Shown piece by piece: positions 7,997-16,049 of a DNA stretch of 64,000 nucleotides. Both the position numbers and the translations under genes were made by a program. Positions within the stretch are counted from its first letter, which is position 1; each line of letters starts with the position of its first letter. This DNA comes from Planctomycetota bacterium. Its GTDB lineage: Bacteria > Planctomycetota > GCA-002687715 > DRQF01. The notes under the pieces were generated by a model. That model worked only from the letters and a program-made list of their open reading frames with translations, had not been told where the DNA came from and did not search any database. The stretch covers positions 1,632 through 65,631 of the forward strand of contig DRQF01000169.1 in NCBI GenBank assembly GCA_011369445.1. Direction: 5' to 3'.

Positions 7997-9763
7997 CTAC
8001 TTCACCTTTGCGAGGGGAAAAAAGTAATCAGGTCCGAGTTCAGCGTCGACCTCGTTGAACGGATAGGCGTCGATCGTGTCGCCCTTGAGGTGATTCTTGT
8101 AGAGGTTGATGGGGCGGATCACGGCCAAGTTGTCGTCATACTGGACGAACAATTGAACCTGGATGTGGGACCTGTCGACCTTGCGGAACGCTCCTCGCCA
8201 CCACTTCCAGTAGATCTCGTGCTCCCATGCCTCTTCGGGAATCTTCGCCACGAGGACCTTCGCATCGGGTTGGGATTTCTTCCATGCGTCGATGGCCTTC
8301 TGGACGAGAACCGCCCGGTCGGCGCCCTTGTAGGCGTCGAGGGGAAGCGTGTTGTTGGCGATGATCTCTGCTTCGAGACTCTTGGCCTGTTTGGCGATGG
8401 CTTTTCGCGCCTCGCTCAATCGTTTCTCAAAGGGTGCGGCGGATCCGTCTCCGAACGCCTTCAACACGAGGATTTTTGCCTCTGCGAAGCCCAGAACCTG
8501 ATCGATACCGCTGTTCCTGTGGAAGTACATGGGTTTCTTGTTCTGTACACCCTCGTCAGCAATTCTTGTCGCTTCCGCGATGTCCTTCTCGATGGCGGCC
8601 GGGAGCGTGGCTTTGTAGGCCTCGAGCTGTGCCGAGAATCTCTTACGGCGCTTCAGGACGTAAGCGACGCGCTTTTCCATGGCCTCGCCCTCGGCGGTCT
8701 TTTGCGCGGCGAGGGGAGCGTAAGTGTTTGCGATCCGGCGAATCTCCTTCAGGCACTGGCCGTCCTCTTCGATGACGCCGGCCAGGATCTTCGGGTGTTG
8801 GACCGTGAATCGGAAGTCCCCGTACCGCTGCGAGAAGCTCCCGAGGAGATCGAAATCCTTCTTGTAATTGGGGTAGTTTTCCATCCCCGTGATCTTTCGG
8901 AGCTTGGCGTCCTCCGCTTGCAGACGGCTCTTCAGAGCTTGGATCTCATCCCCCTTGCTTTGGATTTCCGCAGCGAGGGCCGCGACGTCGGGGTGGCCAG
9001 AGGGAAGTCCCCGCATGCCTTCGACCGCGTACTTCAACTTCTCGATGCCGCGTTCGAGGGTGGCCAGCGCAGATCGGACTTCGCGGTGGATCGGTTTTGG
9101 ACCCTTGCCGTCGATCCGCTCGAGAACCTTGGCGGCGGAGCGGGCGAATCCGCCCGCCTGCCGGAGGTTGAATCGGACGTTCTTGAGCTGGTCCTTTTGG
9201 CGATAGTCGAGGCGTGGGGCGGGAGCGGATGGGGCCGCGGGTTTCTTCTGCGGGGACGTTGTGCCACCCGTTGTCGGTTTGGCGGCAGAGGTGGAGCCCG
9301 CGGCGGGCTTCTTCGCGGGTTGCTTCGGGAGGGAGGCACCCGTCTTTGGTTTGACGGGCGTGGGGGGCTTCGCGGGTGCGAGGATGGCCTTGATCTCGGC
9401 TGCGGCCGCCATCGCTTTGTCGTAGCGCGCCTTCGTGGCCGCATATCCCTTCGCACTGCTGGGAACCGAGGCGATGAGCTTGTCCGCGGCAGCCAGGCGT
9501 TGGTCCGCTGAGCTCAATCTCATCTTCGTCAGCCTCAAGCGACTTCCCCTGGCCGGTCGCCCCGGCGTGCCCGCGGACCCGCGAGCGGCGTTGATGTCGG
9601 CGACGGCCTGCCTGATGAGGGAGTCGGCGGACCTGAGTGCTTGGTCCTGCGGAGCGGTGGCCGCTCCTGCGAACGAGGCGGAGACGAGAAAGGCTGCGAT
9701 GAGGGCGACCCCGCGGAACACGAGGGCGGGGCGGCAGGCGTAAGTGCGTTGTGGGGCCGTCAT
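7997..9763 (-). CDS. Secreted hypothetical protein with a Pro/Lys/Ala-rich linker
   Basis: ORF 7997..9841. I prefer the ATG at 9763 (MTAPQRTYACRPALVFRGVALIAAFLVSASFAGA, a signal peptide), which is preceded by AAGAGGA. I recognised no family. Confidence 0.6.
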   Translation of the reverse strand: MTAPQRTYACRPALVFRGVALIAAFLVSASFAGAATAPQDQALRSADSLIRQAVADINAARGSAGTPGRPARGSRLRLTKMRLSSADQRLAAADKLIASVPSSAKGYAATKARYDKAMAAAAEIKAILAPAKPPTPVKPKTGASLPKQPAKKPAAGSTSAAKPTTGGTTSPQKKPAAPSAPAPRLDYRQKDQLKNVRFNLRQAGGFARSAAKVLERIDGKGPKPIHREVRSALATLERGIEKLKYAVEGMRGLPSGHPDVAALAAEIQSKGDEIQALKSRLQAEDAKLRKITGMENYPNYKKDFDLLGSFSQRYGDFRFTVQHPKILAGVIEEDGQCLKEIRRIANTYAPLAAQKTAEGEAMEKRVAYVLKRRKRFSAQLEAYKATLPAAIEKDIAEATRIADEGVQNKKPMYFHRNSGIDQVLGFAEAKILVLKAFGDGSAAPFEKRLSEARKAIAKQAKSLEAEIIANNTLPLDAYKGADRAVLVQKAIDAWKKSQPDAKVLVAKIPEEAWEHEIYWKWWRGAFRKVDRSHIQVQLFVQYDDNLAVIRPINLYKNHLKGDTIDAYPFNEVDAELGPDYFFPLAKVK

Positions 9764-9865
9764 GGGAATCCTCTTTGGATGGCACGATGTATTCAGAGAG
9801 ACAGGATGTGATGCCGTCTTCCTGTCGGCAAGTGAAATCACTTGTCTTCAGTGCAAACGGGTGTG

Positions 9866-9893
9866 TTGACATCGACGGACCCAGGTCTACGCT
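9866..9893 (+). promoter_or_regulatory. Sigma70-like promoter candidate for tupA (TTGACA-16 nt-TACGCT)
   Basis: TTGACA at 9866-9871 and TACGCT at 9888-9893. The tupA ATG at 9900 lies only 7 nt after the -10 element, so the transcript would be leaderless or nearly so. E. coli-type consensus may not apply to this lineage. Confidence 0.3.
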
Positions 9894-9899
9894 CGTTGC

Positions 9900-10745
9900 A
9901 TGAAGATTCACTGGCCGAAGGGAGCCGTGCCGGGGCGTGTCGTCGTGGTTTGCGGGGTCCTCTGTCTCGTCCTGACGATGGCGTGCGGTGCGGCTGACCC
10001 TAAGGGCCGGGCCGTCCTTCGGCTGGCAACCACGACGAGCACGCGGGATTCCGGTCTTCTGGAGGTTCTCGTGCCCCTGTTCGAGGATCAAGAGCACTGT
10101 CGGGTCGATGTCGTGGCCGTCGGAACCGGTGCGGCTCTGCGACTGGGGGAGGGGGGAGATGCCGAGGCTGTGCTGGTGCATGCCGAGGCTGCGGAGCTGC
10201 AGTTCATGGACTCCGGTTTCGGTGTTCGTCGTGAGCCGGTGATGTACAACCGTTTTGTCCTTCTCGGGCCACCGGATGATCCCGCCCATGTGGCGCGTCT
10301 GCGGGCTGCCTCTGCCCTGCGCCGCATTGCGGAGGGACGCTTTCGTTTCGTGTCGCGTGGAGATGACAGCGGAACGCACAAGAGGGAACAGTACTTCTGG
10401 GAGCAGGTGGGCGGGCGTCCTCGATGGCCCGACTATGTGGAGTCGGGCAGGGGAATGGGGGCCACGCTGATCATGGCCGACGAGCTCGATGCCTACGTGC
10501 TGAGCGACGAGGGGACATGGCGTCGAATGGCCGAGAGATTGAGCCTTCGAGAGATCGTCGTCGAGGGGGAGGAAATGCGTAATCCGTATTCCGTCATGGT
10601 CGTGGCGCCGGATCGCACGGGACGGGATCGACGCCTTGCGGATCTCTTCGCCGATTTTCTGATCTCGGAGAAGGCGCAGCGTCTGATTCAGGACTTCACG
10701 GTCGGCGGTCGGCATCTTTTTCACCCCCTCCGGTTGAAGCGGTGA
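9900..10745 (+). CDS. tupA: Tungstate ABC transporter substrate-binding protein
   Basis: 281 aa with a signal peptide. LRLATTTSTRDSGLLEVLVPLFE...VAVGTGAALRLGEGGDAEAVLVHA...VMYNRFVLLGPPDDPA matches the TupA-type TTTST-DSGL / AVGTG / GDAD-LLVH pattern. Confidence 0.75.
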   Translation: MKIHWPKGAVPGRVVVVCGVLCLVLTMACGAADPKGRAVLRLATTTSTRDSGLLEVLVPLFEDQEHCRVDVVAVGTGAALRLGEGGDAEAVLVHAEAAELQFMDSGFGVRREPVMYNRFVLLGPPDDPAHVARLRAASALRRIAEGRFRFVSRGDDSGTHKREQYFWEQVGGRPRWPDYVESGRGMGATLIMADELDAYVLSDEGTWRRMAERLSLREIVVEGEEMRNPYSVMVVAPDRTGRDRRLADLFADFLISEKAQRLIQDFTVGGRHLFHPLRLKR

Positions 10746-10767
10746 TGGTGATAAGGCGGGACCCGGT

Positions 10768-11472
10768 TTGGATCTGATCGCGCATGGTCTTTGCGAAGCC
10801 GGACGACTGATCGCGTCCGGCGATGCTCTCGTCTTCGCCGCAGCGGGGCGGAGTCTCGCGATCTCGGTGGCCGCCGTTTTGGTGGCGGGCGCGCTGGCGG
10901 TCCCACTGGGGGTATTCCTGGCAGACAAGGCATTTCCCGGGAGAGCACTCCTCGTACTGACGCTACGTGGCGGCATGGGGATGCCGACGGTGCTCGTTGG
11001 ACTGTTGGGATTCGCTCTCTTCTCCCGCCGCGGCCCCCTTGGCGGGCTCGACCTTCTGTACACGCCCGAGGCGGTGGCGATCTGCGAGACTCTCTTGGCC
11101 TTCCCCATCGTCGTGAGTTGGACGCACGCCGCCGTGAGCGGACTCGACCCACGATATGCGGAGACCTCGCGCACGCTGGGGGCGCGATCACTGCGCCGTC
11201 GCTGGACCCTTGCGAAAGAGGTGCGATTGAGTCTGGTGTTGGCTCTGTTGACGGCCTTTGCCCGCTGCTTCAGCGAATTGGGCATTGCCATGATGGTGGG
11301 TGGAAACATCAAGCACCGGACTCGAACGCTTGCCACGGCGACGGCCCTCGAGACGTCACGGGGCGAGTTCGCGCGCGGCTTGGCGATGAGCCTGATCCTC
11401 CTGGTGATTGCGCTCCTCGTTGCTCTTGTGGCCGCTGCCTTGACTCGAGTTCGAGAGCGGGAAGCAAGATGA
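10768..11472 (+). CDS. tupB: Tungstate ABC transporter permease
   Basis: 234 aa, multi-TM, immediately after tupA. The TTG at 10768 is the first possible start after an in-frame stop at 10735-10737. The stop overlaps the tupC ATG (ATGA). Confidence 0.7.
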   Translation: MDLIAHGLCEAGRLIASGDALVFAAAGRSLAISVAAVLVAGALAVPLGVFLADKAFPGRALLVLTLRGGMGMPTVLVGLLGFALFSRRGPLGGLDLLYTPEAVAICETLLAFPIVVSWTHAAVSGLDPRYAETSRTLGARSLRRRWTLAKEVRLSLVLALLTAFARCFSELGIAMMVGGNIKHRTRTLATATALETSRGEFARGLAMSLILLVIALLVALVAAALTRVREREAR

Positions 11473-12065
11473 CCAGGATCCAGGTTCGCGATCTCGAAGT
11501 GGAGCGGGGCCGGCGGCTCGTCTGCCGGGTTCCCAAGCTCGACGTCACGGCCGGGGAAGTGTTGACCATTCATGGGCCGAATGGATGCGGCAAGACGACT
11601 CTGCTGCGTGTTTTGGGCGGGCTCGAAGAGGCAACCCGTGGAGAGGTTCGTCTGGGGGTTCCGGGACGAGAACGGGTCTTCGTCCACCAGGAGCCCGTGT
11701 TTTTTCGAGGCACGGTGATGAGCAATGTTCGCTACGGACTGGTCGCGCACGGGATCTCGGACGCGCGGTCTCGAAGTCTCGAGACCTTGGGCCGCCTCGA
11801 CGCCGCCCATCTCGCGGAAAGGGACGTTCGTCATCTCTCCGCGGGCGAGCGCCAACGTGTCGCACTCGCGCGCGCTTTGGCTCTTCGGCCCAAGATCCTG
11901 CTGCTCGACGAGCCGTTCGACGAGCTGGATCCGGAGGGACTGCGTCGCACGAAAGACCTACTGTCGGAACTTCGCGAATCGGCGATTGTGATCGCCTCGC
12001 CCCATCCGTTGCCGTTTTCCAGCCGCAATGTGGCGCTTGAGGGCGTTTCTCAGGCACCGGAGTGA
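11469..12065 (+). CDS. tupC: ABC transporter ATP-binding protein (tungstate transporter ATPase)
   Basis: This is the last 199 codons of the 424-aa ORF 10791..12065. The start MTRIQVRDLEV overlaps the tupB stop. Walker A is GPNGCGKTT, the signature is LSAGERQRV and Walker B is ILLLDEP. Confidence 0.8.
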   Translation: MTRIQVRDLEVERGRRLVCRVPKLDVTAGEVLTIHGPNGCGKTTLLRVLGGLEEATRGEVRLGVPGRERVFVHQEPVFFRGTVMSNVRYGLVAHGISDARSRSLETLGRLDAAHLAERDVRHLSAGERQRVALARALALRPKILLLDEPFDELDPEGLRRTKDLLSELRESAIVIASPHPLPFSSRNVALEGVSQAPE

Positions 12066-12162
12066 TTTCGTTCCAGGCGGTGAATCCCCGACCCCGTTCT
12101 TCCCAAAAACTCGCAATCCGTGTATACACGAGGTGGCTCGAAGGTCGATATTGAAGGATGAG

Positions 12163-12552
12163 ATGACCAAGAAGAAGCGCAAAACGCCGTCGACTAGTTT
12201 CCCCTCGCTGCTGGCGGCAGCCACGGGGGAGTCACTCCCTCTCCCGGGAGCGGTTCCCAGGGACCTGAAGAAGCTGATCGACCAGATCAGGCGATTCTGG
12301 ACTCGCCCTTCGGAAACGATTCGCATCAGCGAAAGATCTATTGACCTTGCAGGTAGATTCGTCCAGGATGTACTCAATGATGAAGAGCGCATCGTCCTCG
12401 TTCAGGTTCTCGAGTTGAGGATGTTCTCCGGAACCGACTCATGTGTGAAACCTGAATGGGATCGACACACTGCAGTGCTCCGCGTGATCGTCGCCAAGTG
12501 GCGAGAGTTCCGCGAATCTCAGGGTGTTGCGAGCGATACGCCGGAATCTTGA
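12163..12552 (+). CDS. Hypothetical protein
   Basis: Internal ATG of ORF 12028..12552 (MTKKKRKTPSTSF...). The region is visibly less GC-rich than its surroundings. I recognised no family. Confidence 0.4.
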   Translation: MTKKKRKTPSTSFPSLLAAATGESLPLPGAVPRDLKKLIDQIRRFWTRPSETIRISERSIDLAGRFVQDVLNDEERIVLVQVLELRMFSGTDSCVKPEWDRHTAVLRVIVAKWREFRESQGVASDTPES

Positions 12553-12581
12553 AGCTTTCGGATTCTCAGCGAGGTCAACAC

Positions 12582-13163
12582 ATGTGGAATGACGAGCCGG
12601 AGCGGTTCTTGACTCAGCATGCCCAGGAGCTTTCGACATTCTTGGATCGTCAGCTGGAGCAGGTCGATCATCGCCGTCGCCGGAAGAAAGCGGCGATCGT
12701 CGTTTTGGCTGGAGTCTTGGGCAGCTTGCTTCTCCTCGTGTTTGCGTTCCCCGACGAGAGCGTACGGGCGAGCTTGGAGAAGCGTGAATCCAACGATGCA
12801 GTCATCGCGATGAGAGCGTCCGCCCTCTCCGATGGGGCCCACGACTGGTTGGGTGAGGATGTTGGGCGGGCCCGCTTGTTTGACGAGTTGAAACGCCACC
12901 TCCAGGCCGGAGACAGGAGAAAGCCCATCTCCGATTCCAGGGTGTCCGCCCGGGTCGTCGAGATTCTCGGGCTTCTGAATGCCAAGCAGGTCCTGGCGAC
13001 CATGCCCGTGTCCTCGAAGGACATGCATACCTTCCTCCACGCCGTGCGACGAAGCCGTGCCGTGGGGTTCGCGGCCACCCTTCGCGCACTGAAGACGCGA
13101 CCGGGTTTGCTCGACGATACGCGAAGGTTGGTGGACCGAGTCCTAGGTCAACTCGCCCGCTGA
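12582..13163 (+). CDS. Hypothetical single-pass membrane protein
   Basis: Internal ATG of ORF 12456..13163 (MWNDEPERF...). One hydrophobic segment is present (AAIVVLAGVLGSLLLLVFAF). I recognised no family. Confidence 0.45.
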   Translation: MWNDEPERFLTQHAQELSTFLDRQLEQVDHRRRRKKAAIVVLAGVLGSLLLLVFAFPDESVRASLEKRESNDAVIAMRASALSDGAHDWLGEDVGRARLFDELKRHLQAGDRRKPISDSRVSARVVEILGLLNAKQVLATMPVSSKDMHTFLHAVRRSRAVGFAATLRALKTRPGLLDDTRRLVDRVLGQLAR

Positions 13164-13211
13164 CCTCCGATTCTCAAGGCTCTCCCTGCGACGTTCGATG
13201 CGCCAGCACAC

Positions 13212-13248
13212 CCGAGCCGCATGCGGACGAGGTCCGCTCGCGGCTCGG
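13212..13248. terminator. Compound GC-rich hairpin between convergent genes
   Basis: The outer stem is CCGAGCCGC...GCGGCTCGG (9 bp). It encloses an inner stem GCGGAC-gag-GTCCGC. The structure lies between the stop at 13163 (+) and the stop at 13276 (-). Confidence 0.35.
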
Positions 13249-13275
13249 CGGCTGCTCGGTGTGGCACAAGGCCCT

Positions 13276-13599
13276 CTACGTGGTTCGGATGTCGGCGCTG
13301 TCCGTGCAGTTTCCATCCTTAACCAGAACGGTCACCGTGTTCGGCGGCGCGACGTCAGGCATGGTGAAGACGATCGTGAACCGGTTGCCGTCCCAGGTGA
13401 CCGTGTGGGGAATGCTGCCGATGTCGTCGGACACGTCGACGGTGGTGCTTCCCGGGCCGCTGGACGATCCGGTGACAGTGACCTGACTTCCTCCACTCGC
13501 ACTGGAGGGAGCAGTGGTGATGAGCCCGCCGGGAGAGGTGGCGGCGCCGAGGAGACTCATGAGAAGGACGGTGGCGAGGAGGTGGAAAGTGATCTTCAT
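13276..13599 (-). CDS. Small secreted hypothetical protein (beta-rich, Ser/Thr/Gly-rich)
   Basis: 107 aa with a clear signal peptide (MKITFHLLATVLLMSLLGAATSPGG). I could not recognise the family with confidence. Confidence 0.55.
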   Translation of the reverse strand: MKITFHLLATVLLMSLLGAATSPGGLITTAPSSASGGSQVTVTGSSSGPGSTTVDVSDDIGSIPHTVTWDGNRFTIVFTMPDVAPPNTVTVLVKDGNCTDSADIRTT

Positions 13600-13746
13600 G
13601 TTTTCTAACCCTGGATCGATGGACTCCGGCGGCTTTCCAGGCCAGGGATGCGACCCTCGAGGAAGTTCGGGGGGGCCCTGGATGGACCGGAGATCAAGAA
13701 AATGAGAGAGACACCCGGGAAAGCTTCGGGCGCGGGCGCGACGCGC

Positions 13747-13773
13747 GGCCGGTCCTCATAGTAGAGGACGGCC
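13747..13773 (-). terminator. Hairpin downstream of ruvA (10-bp stem with one bulged G)
   Basis: GGCC(G)GTCCTC-atagta-GAGGACGGCC, located 38 nt beyond the ruvA stop. There is no U-tract. Confidence 0.3.
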
Positions 13774-13810
13774 GCGGGGAATACCAAAAGAATATTATCC
13801 CGACCCTTTG

Positions 13811-14392
13811 TTATATGGATCGAAGGGCTTGGCGGACGAGATCCTCGACGGAAACGTCAGGATCTGCCGCCAGTACCCGTTCGACGGCCTGCCGCGCCGC
13901 CTTCGGTGGGCAGCCCAGGACCTCGAGGGCCTGGAGGGCGTCGCGGACGGCGGGGTGGCGGATGGGGGTGTCCAGGCCGGGTTCAGAGAGAAAACCGTCG
14001 AGCCCTCCCTGAAGTTCGGTGACAAGGCGCTGCGCCGTCTTGGGGCCGATCCCCTTCAGGCTCTTCAGGAAGTCGGTGCTGCCTGTGGAAATCGCCTCCG
14101 CGAGGTCGCGAACGGAGGCGCGGGAGAGGATCGCGTTGGCCAACCTGGGACCGATGCCGCTCACCTGCTGGAGCATGCAAAAGAGGCGACGCTCGTCGAG
14201 GCTTGCGAAACCGTAGATGCGGAGGATGTCCTCGCGCACATGCATCCAAGTCCAGAGCTTCACCTCACCGCGATCGGGAAGCGATTGCGTCGTCGAGAGC
14301 GGGGCATGGATTTGAAAACCCATTCCCCCCACATCCAAGACGACCTGCGTCGGTCTCTTCTCGGCGATCGTGCCCCTGAGATAGTCGTACAA
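13811..14392 (-). CDS. ruvA: Holliday junction branch migration complex subunit RuvA
   Basis: 193 aa. MYDYLRGTI...VVLDVGGMGFQIHAPLST...LQQVSGIGPRLANAIL...LKSLKGIGPKTAQRLV shows the typical RuvA N-terminus and two HhH motifs. The start is TTG. Confidence 0.9.
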   Translation of the reverse strand: MYDYLRGTIAEKRPTQVVLDVGGMGFQIHAPLSTTQSLPDRGEVKLWTWMHVREDILRIYGFASLDERRLFCMLQQVSGIGPRLANAILSRASVRDLAEAISTGSTDFLKSLKGIGPKTAQRLVTELQGGLDGFLSEPGLDTPIRHPAVRDALQALEVLGCPPKAARQAVERVLAADPDVSVEDLVRQALRSI

Positions 14393-14404
14393 CGCGCGGG
14401 CTTT

Positions 14405-15790
14405 CTACTTGTCGACGGTGCGCAGGGAAAGTCCCATCTCCGCGAGTTGGTCCGTGATTTCCTTGAGCGATGTGGCTCCGAAATTCCGTTGACTCAGCAA
14501 GTCGTCGACCGTGTAGGCAACCAGGTCTCCGATGGTGTTGATGCCCAGGTTGGAGAGGCACTTCCGGGCGCGAACCGAGAGATTGAGGTCGTTGACCGAA
14601 TTCTTCAGACGCTCGTCCGACGGGTCGACCGCGAAGCTTGGCGGAGTCGGGCGACGTTGGGGTTCTGCGACCGGTCCGCCCGCGGGCTGGACGGGGAGCA
14701 ACTCGTCTTCGGGCTTCATCCCGAGCCTCAACCCTTTCGACTCCAGGATCTGGCGAATCTCGTTGAGACTGGTGTCGCCAAAGTTCTTGTAGGAGAGCAG
14801 CTCGGTTTCCGTCTTGTTGACGAGATCGCCGAGGGTGACGATATTCATCTTCGAGAGGCAGTTTCTCGAACGCACGGACAATTCGAAGTCGGAGACCGGA
14901 ATCTTGAGAATCTGATTCTTCTTGTCCTGCTGAACCTGCTGCTCCTCGTCGTAGTACATGGTCAACGACGCCTCGGCGTCCTTGATGTAGAGCCGGGCCC
15001 TGGGGTGCTGCGGGTAGATCGAAAGGACCTTGCGATAGCAGAAAACAGCGTCGCGATATCGCTCATGGTCCTCATAGAGGACACCGAGATTCATGAGGGC
15101 GTTGACGGGGGGAGGGACGCGGTCCACGAGGTCCTCGTAGAACTCGATGGCCCGGTCATCGTCATTGATGTAGTCGAGAGCAAGGGCGAGGTGAAACCGA
15201 GCCTCCACGTGATCCGGATCGTCCGCGAGAATCGCCTCGTACCCGGCGATGGCTCCCTCATGGTCGCCGCCGATCTCAATCAGGCGGGTGCGGAAAAACC
15301 GTCCGTCGGAGGATTCCTGGTAGGACTTGGGAGCACTTTCCAGGGCCTTTTCGGCCGCCTCGACGTCGCCCGCCTTGATCAGGGCGTGGAGACGGAGAGT
15401 GAGCGCCTCTGGCGCATCCTTCAAATGACTCAGGATTTCAGCGGCCCGTGTCGGCTGCCCCTTGGGGGCATCGAAGGAAAGCGCTCCGCCGAATGTGAGA
15501 GCTTCCGCCAAAGCGTACGCCGCCACGCCGCTGGCGGGCTGCCCGGCCTCCAAAAGCGGGAGGGCGCGGGGAAGATCACCGAGCAGCCACCGCGCCAGGC
15601 CCGCCTGAACGGCCGCCTCGCCCTTCGGCTCCGATTCGAAGTCGGAAAGATGGTTTTCCAGGGCGCGAAAGGCCTCTTTGTCCGCCAAGATCTCCCTCTT
15701 GAGTGCGAGCATCTGGCCAAGGTCGAGATCCTCGGGCTTTTGATTCGTCCAACCCCAGACATCGATCGCCGTCGTTTCCGTGGCCGTCAT
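14405..15790 (-). CDS. TPR-repeat protein with two C-terminal RNA polymerase alpha-subunit CTD-like (HhH) domains
   Basis: 461 aa. The N-terminal half is TPR-like. The C-terminal half contains DFELSVRSRNCLSKMNIVTLGDLVNKTETELLSYKNFGDTSLNEIRQILESKGLRLG and DLNLSVRARKCLSNLGINTIGDLVAYTVDDLLSQRNFGATSLKEITDQLAEMGLSL. Both closely follow the RpoA alpha-CTD pattern LELSVRSxNCLK...IGDLV...ELL...NLGKKSLxEI. Confidence 0.8.
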   Translation of the reverse strand: MTATETTAIDVWGWTNQKPEDLDLGQMLALKREILADKEAFRALENHLSDFESEPKGEAAVQAGLARWLLGDLPRALPLLEAGQPASGVAAYALAEALTFGGALSFDAPKGQPTRAAEILSHLKDAPEALTLRLHALIKAGDVEAAEKALESAPKSYQESSDGRFFRTRLIEIGGDHEGAIAGYEAILADDPDHVEARFHLALALDYINDDDRAIEFYEDLVDRVPPPVNALMNLGVLYEDHERYRDAVFCYRKVLSIYPQHPRARLYIKDAEASLTMYYDEEQQVQQDKKNQILKIPVSDFELSVRSRNCLSKMNIVTLGDLVNKTETELLSYKNFGDTSLNEIRQILESKGLRLGMKPEDELLPVQPAGGPVAEPQRRPTPPSFAVDPSDERLKNSVNDLNLSVRARKCLSNLGINTIGDLVAYTVDDLLSQRNFGATSLKEITDQLAEMGLSLRTVDK

Positions 15791-16049
15791 CGGCTTCTCC
15801 TCAAGCGTTTCTCGGGGCGTTCCGTCGTTCCAAAGACCGTCCTGGGAACGCCATGGGGCGGGATTGTACCGCTCGAGGGGGCGGCATCAAACCCGGGGCC
15901 CGGGATGGAGATTCCCGGCGGTTCCGCGGCCGCCTGCCCTTGTTCCAGGGCGTCCGGTCCGGCATGATGTGCGGCCCTCCCCGGATGCGGCGTGGGCATG
16001 ACGTCCATCCTCTGGTGTCCCCGGGGGTTGGAGCTCGGGACGGAGTTTC

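Noticed and set aside
9764-9899. Molybdenum/tungsten cofactor riboswitch upstream of tupA.
   Set aside because: The region is only 136 nt, is shared with a divergent gene and lacks the conserved Moco-motif segments I remember. I did not compute this; an Rfam scan would settle it.
10791-11468. Upstream two-thirds of the 424-aa plus-strand ORF 10791..12065.
   Set aside because: It overlaps tupB in another frame and has an Arg/Gly-rich composition. Only the part from ATG 11469, which carries Walker A and the ABC signature, is the real tupC.
8946-11855. 969-aa minus-strand ORF spanning the secreted-protein gene, the intergenic region and tupABC.
   Set aside because: It crosses a divergent promoter region and is antisense to three well-supported transporter genes. 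The translation is Arg/Pro/Ser-rich nonsense with no recognisable domain.
15791-16049. SRP RNA (ffs) or a tRNA in the 259-nt region upstream of ffh. I also checked the other intergenic gaps (24261-24370, 13600-13810, 3782-4038) for tRNA or tRNA-Sec.
   Set aside because: I found no GGTTCGAAT-type T-loop, no SRP helix-8 GGAA tetraloop context (CCGGAAGGAAGCAGCC-like) and no cloverleaf-compatible arms by eye. Covariance-model scans would be needed to be certain.
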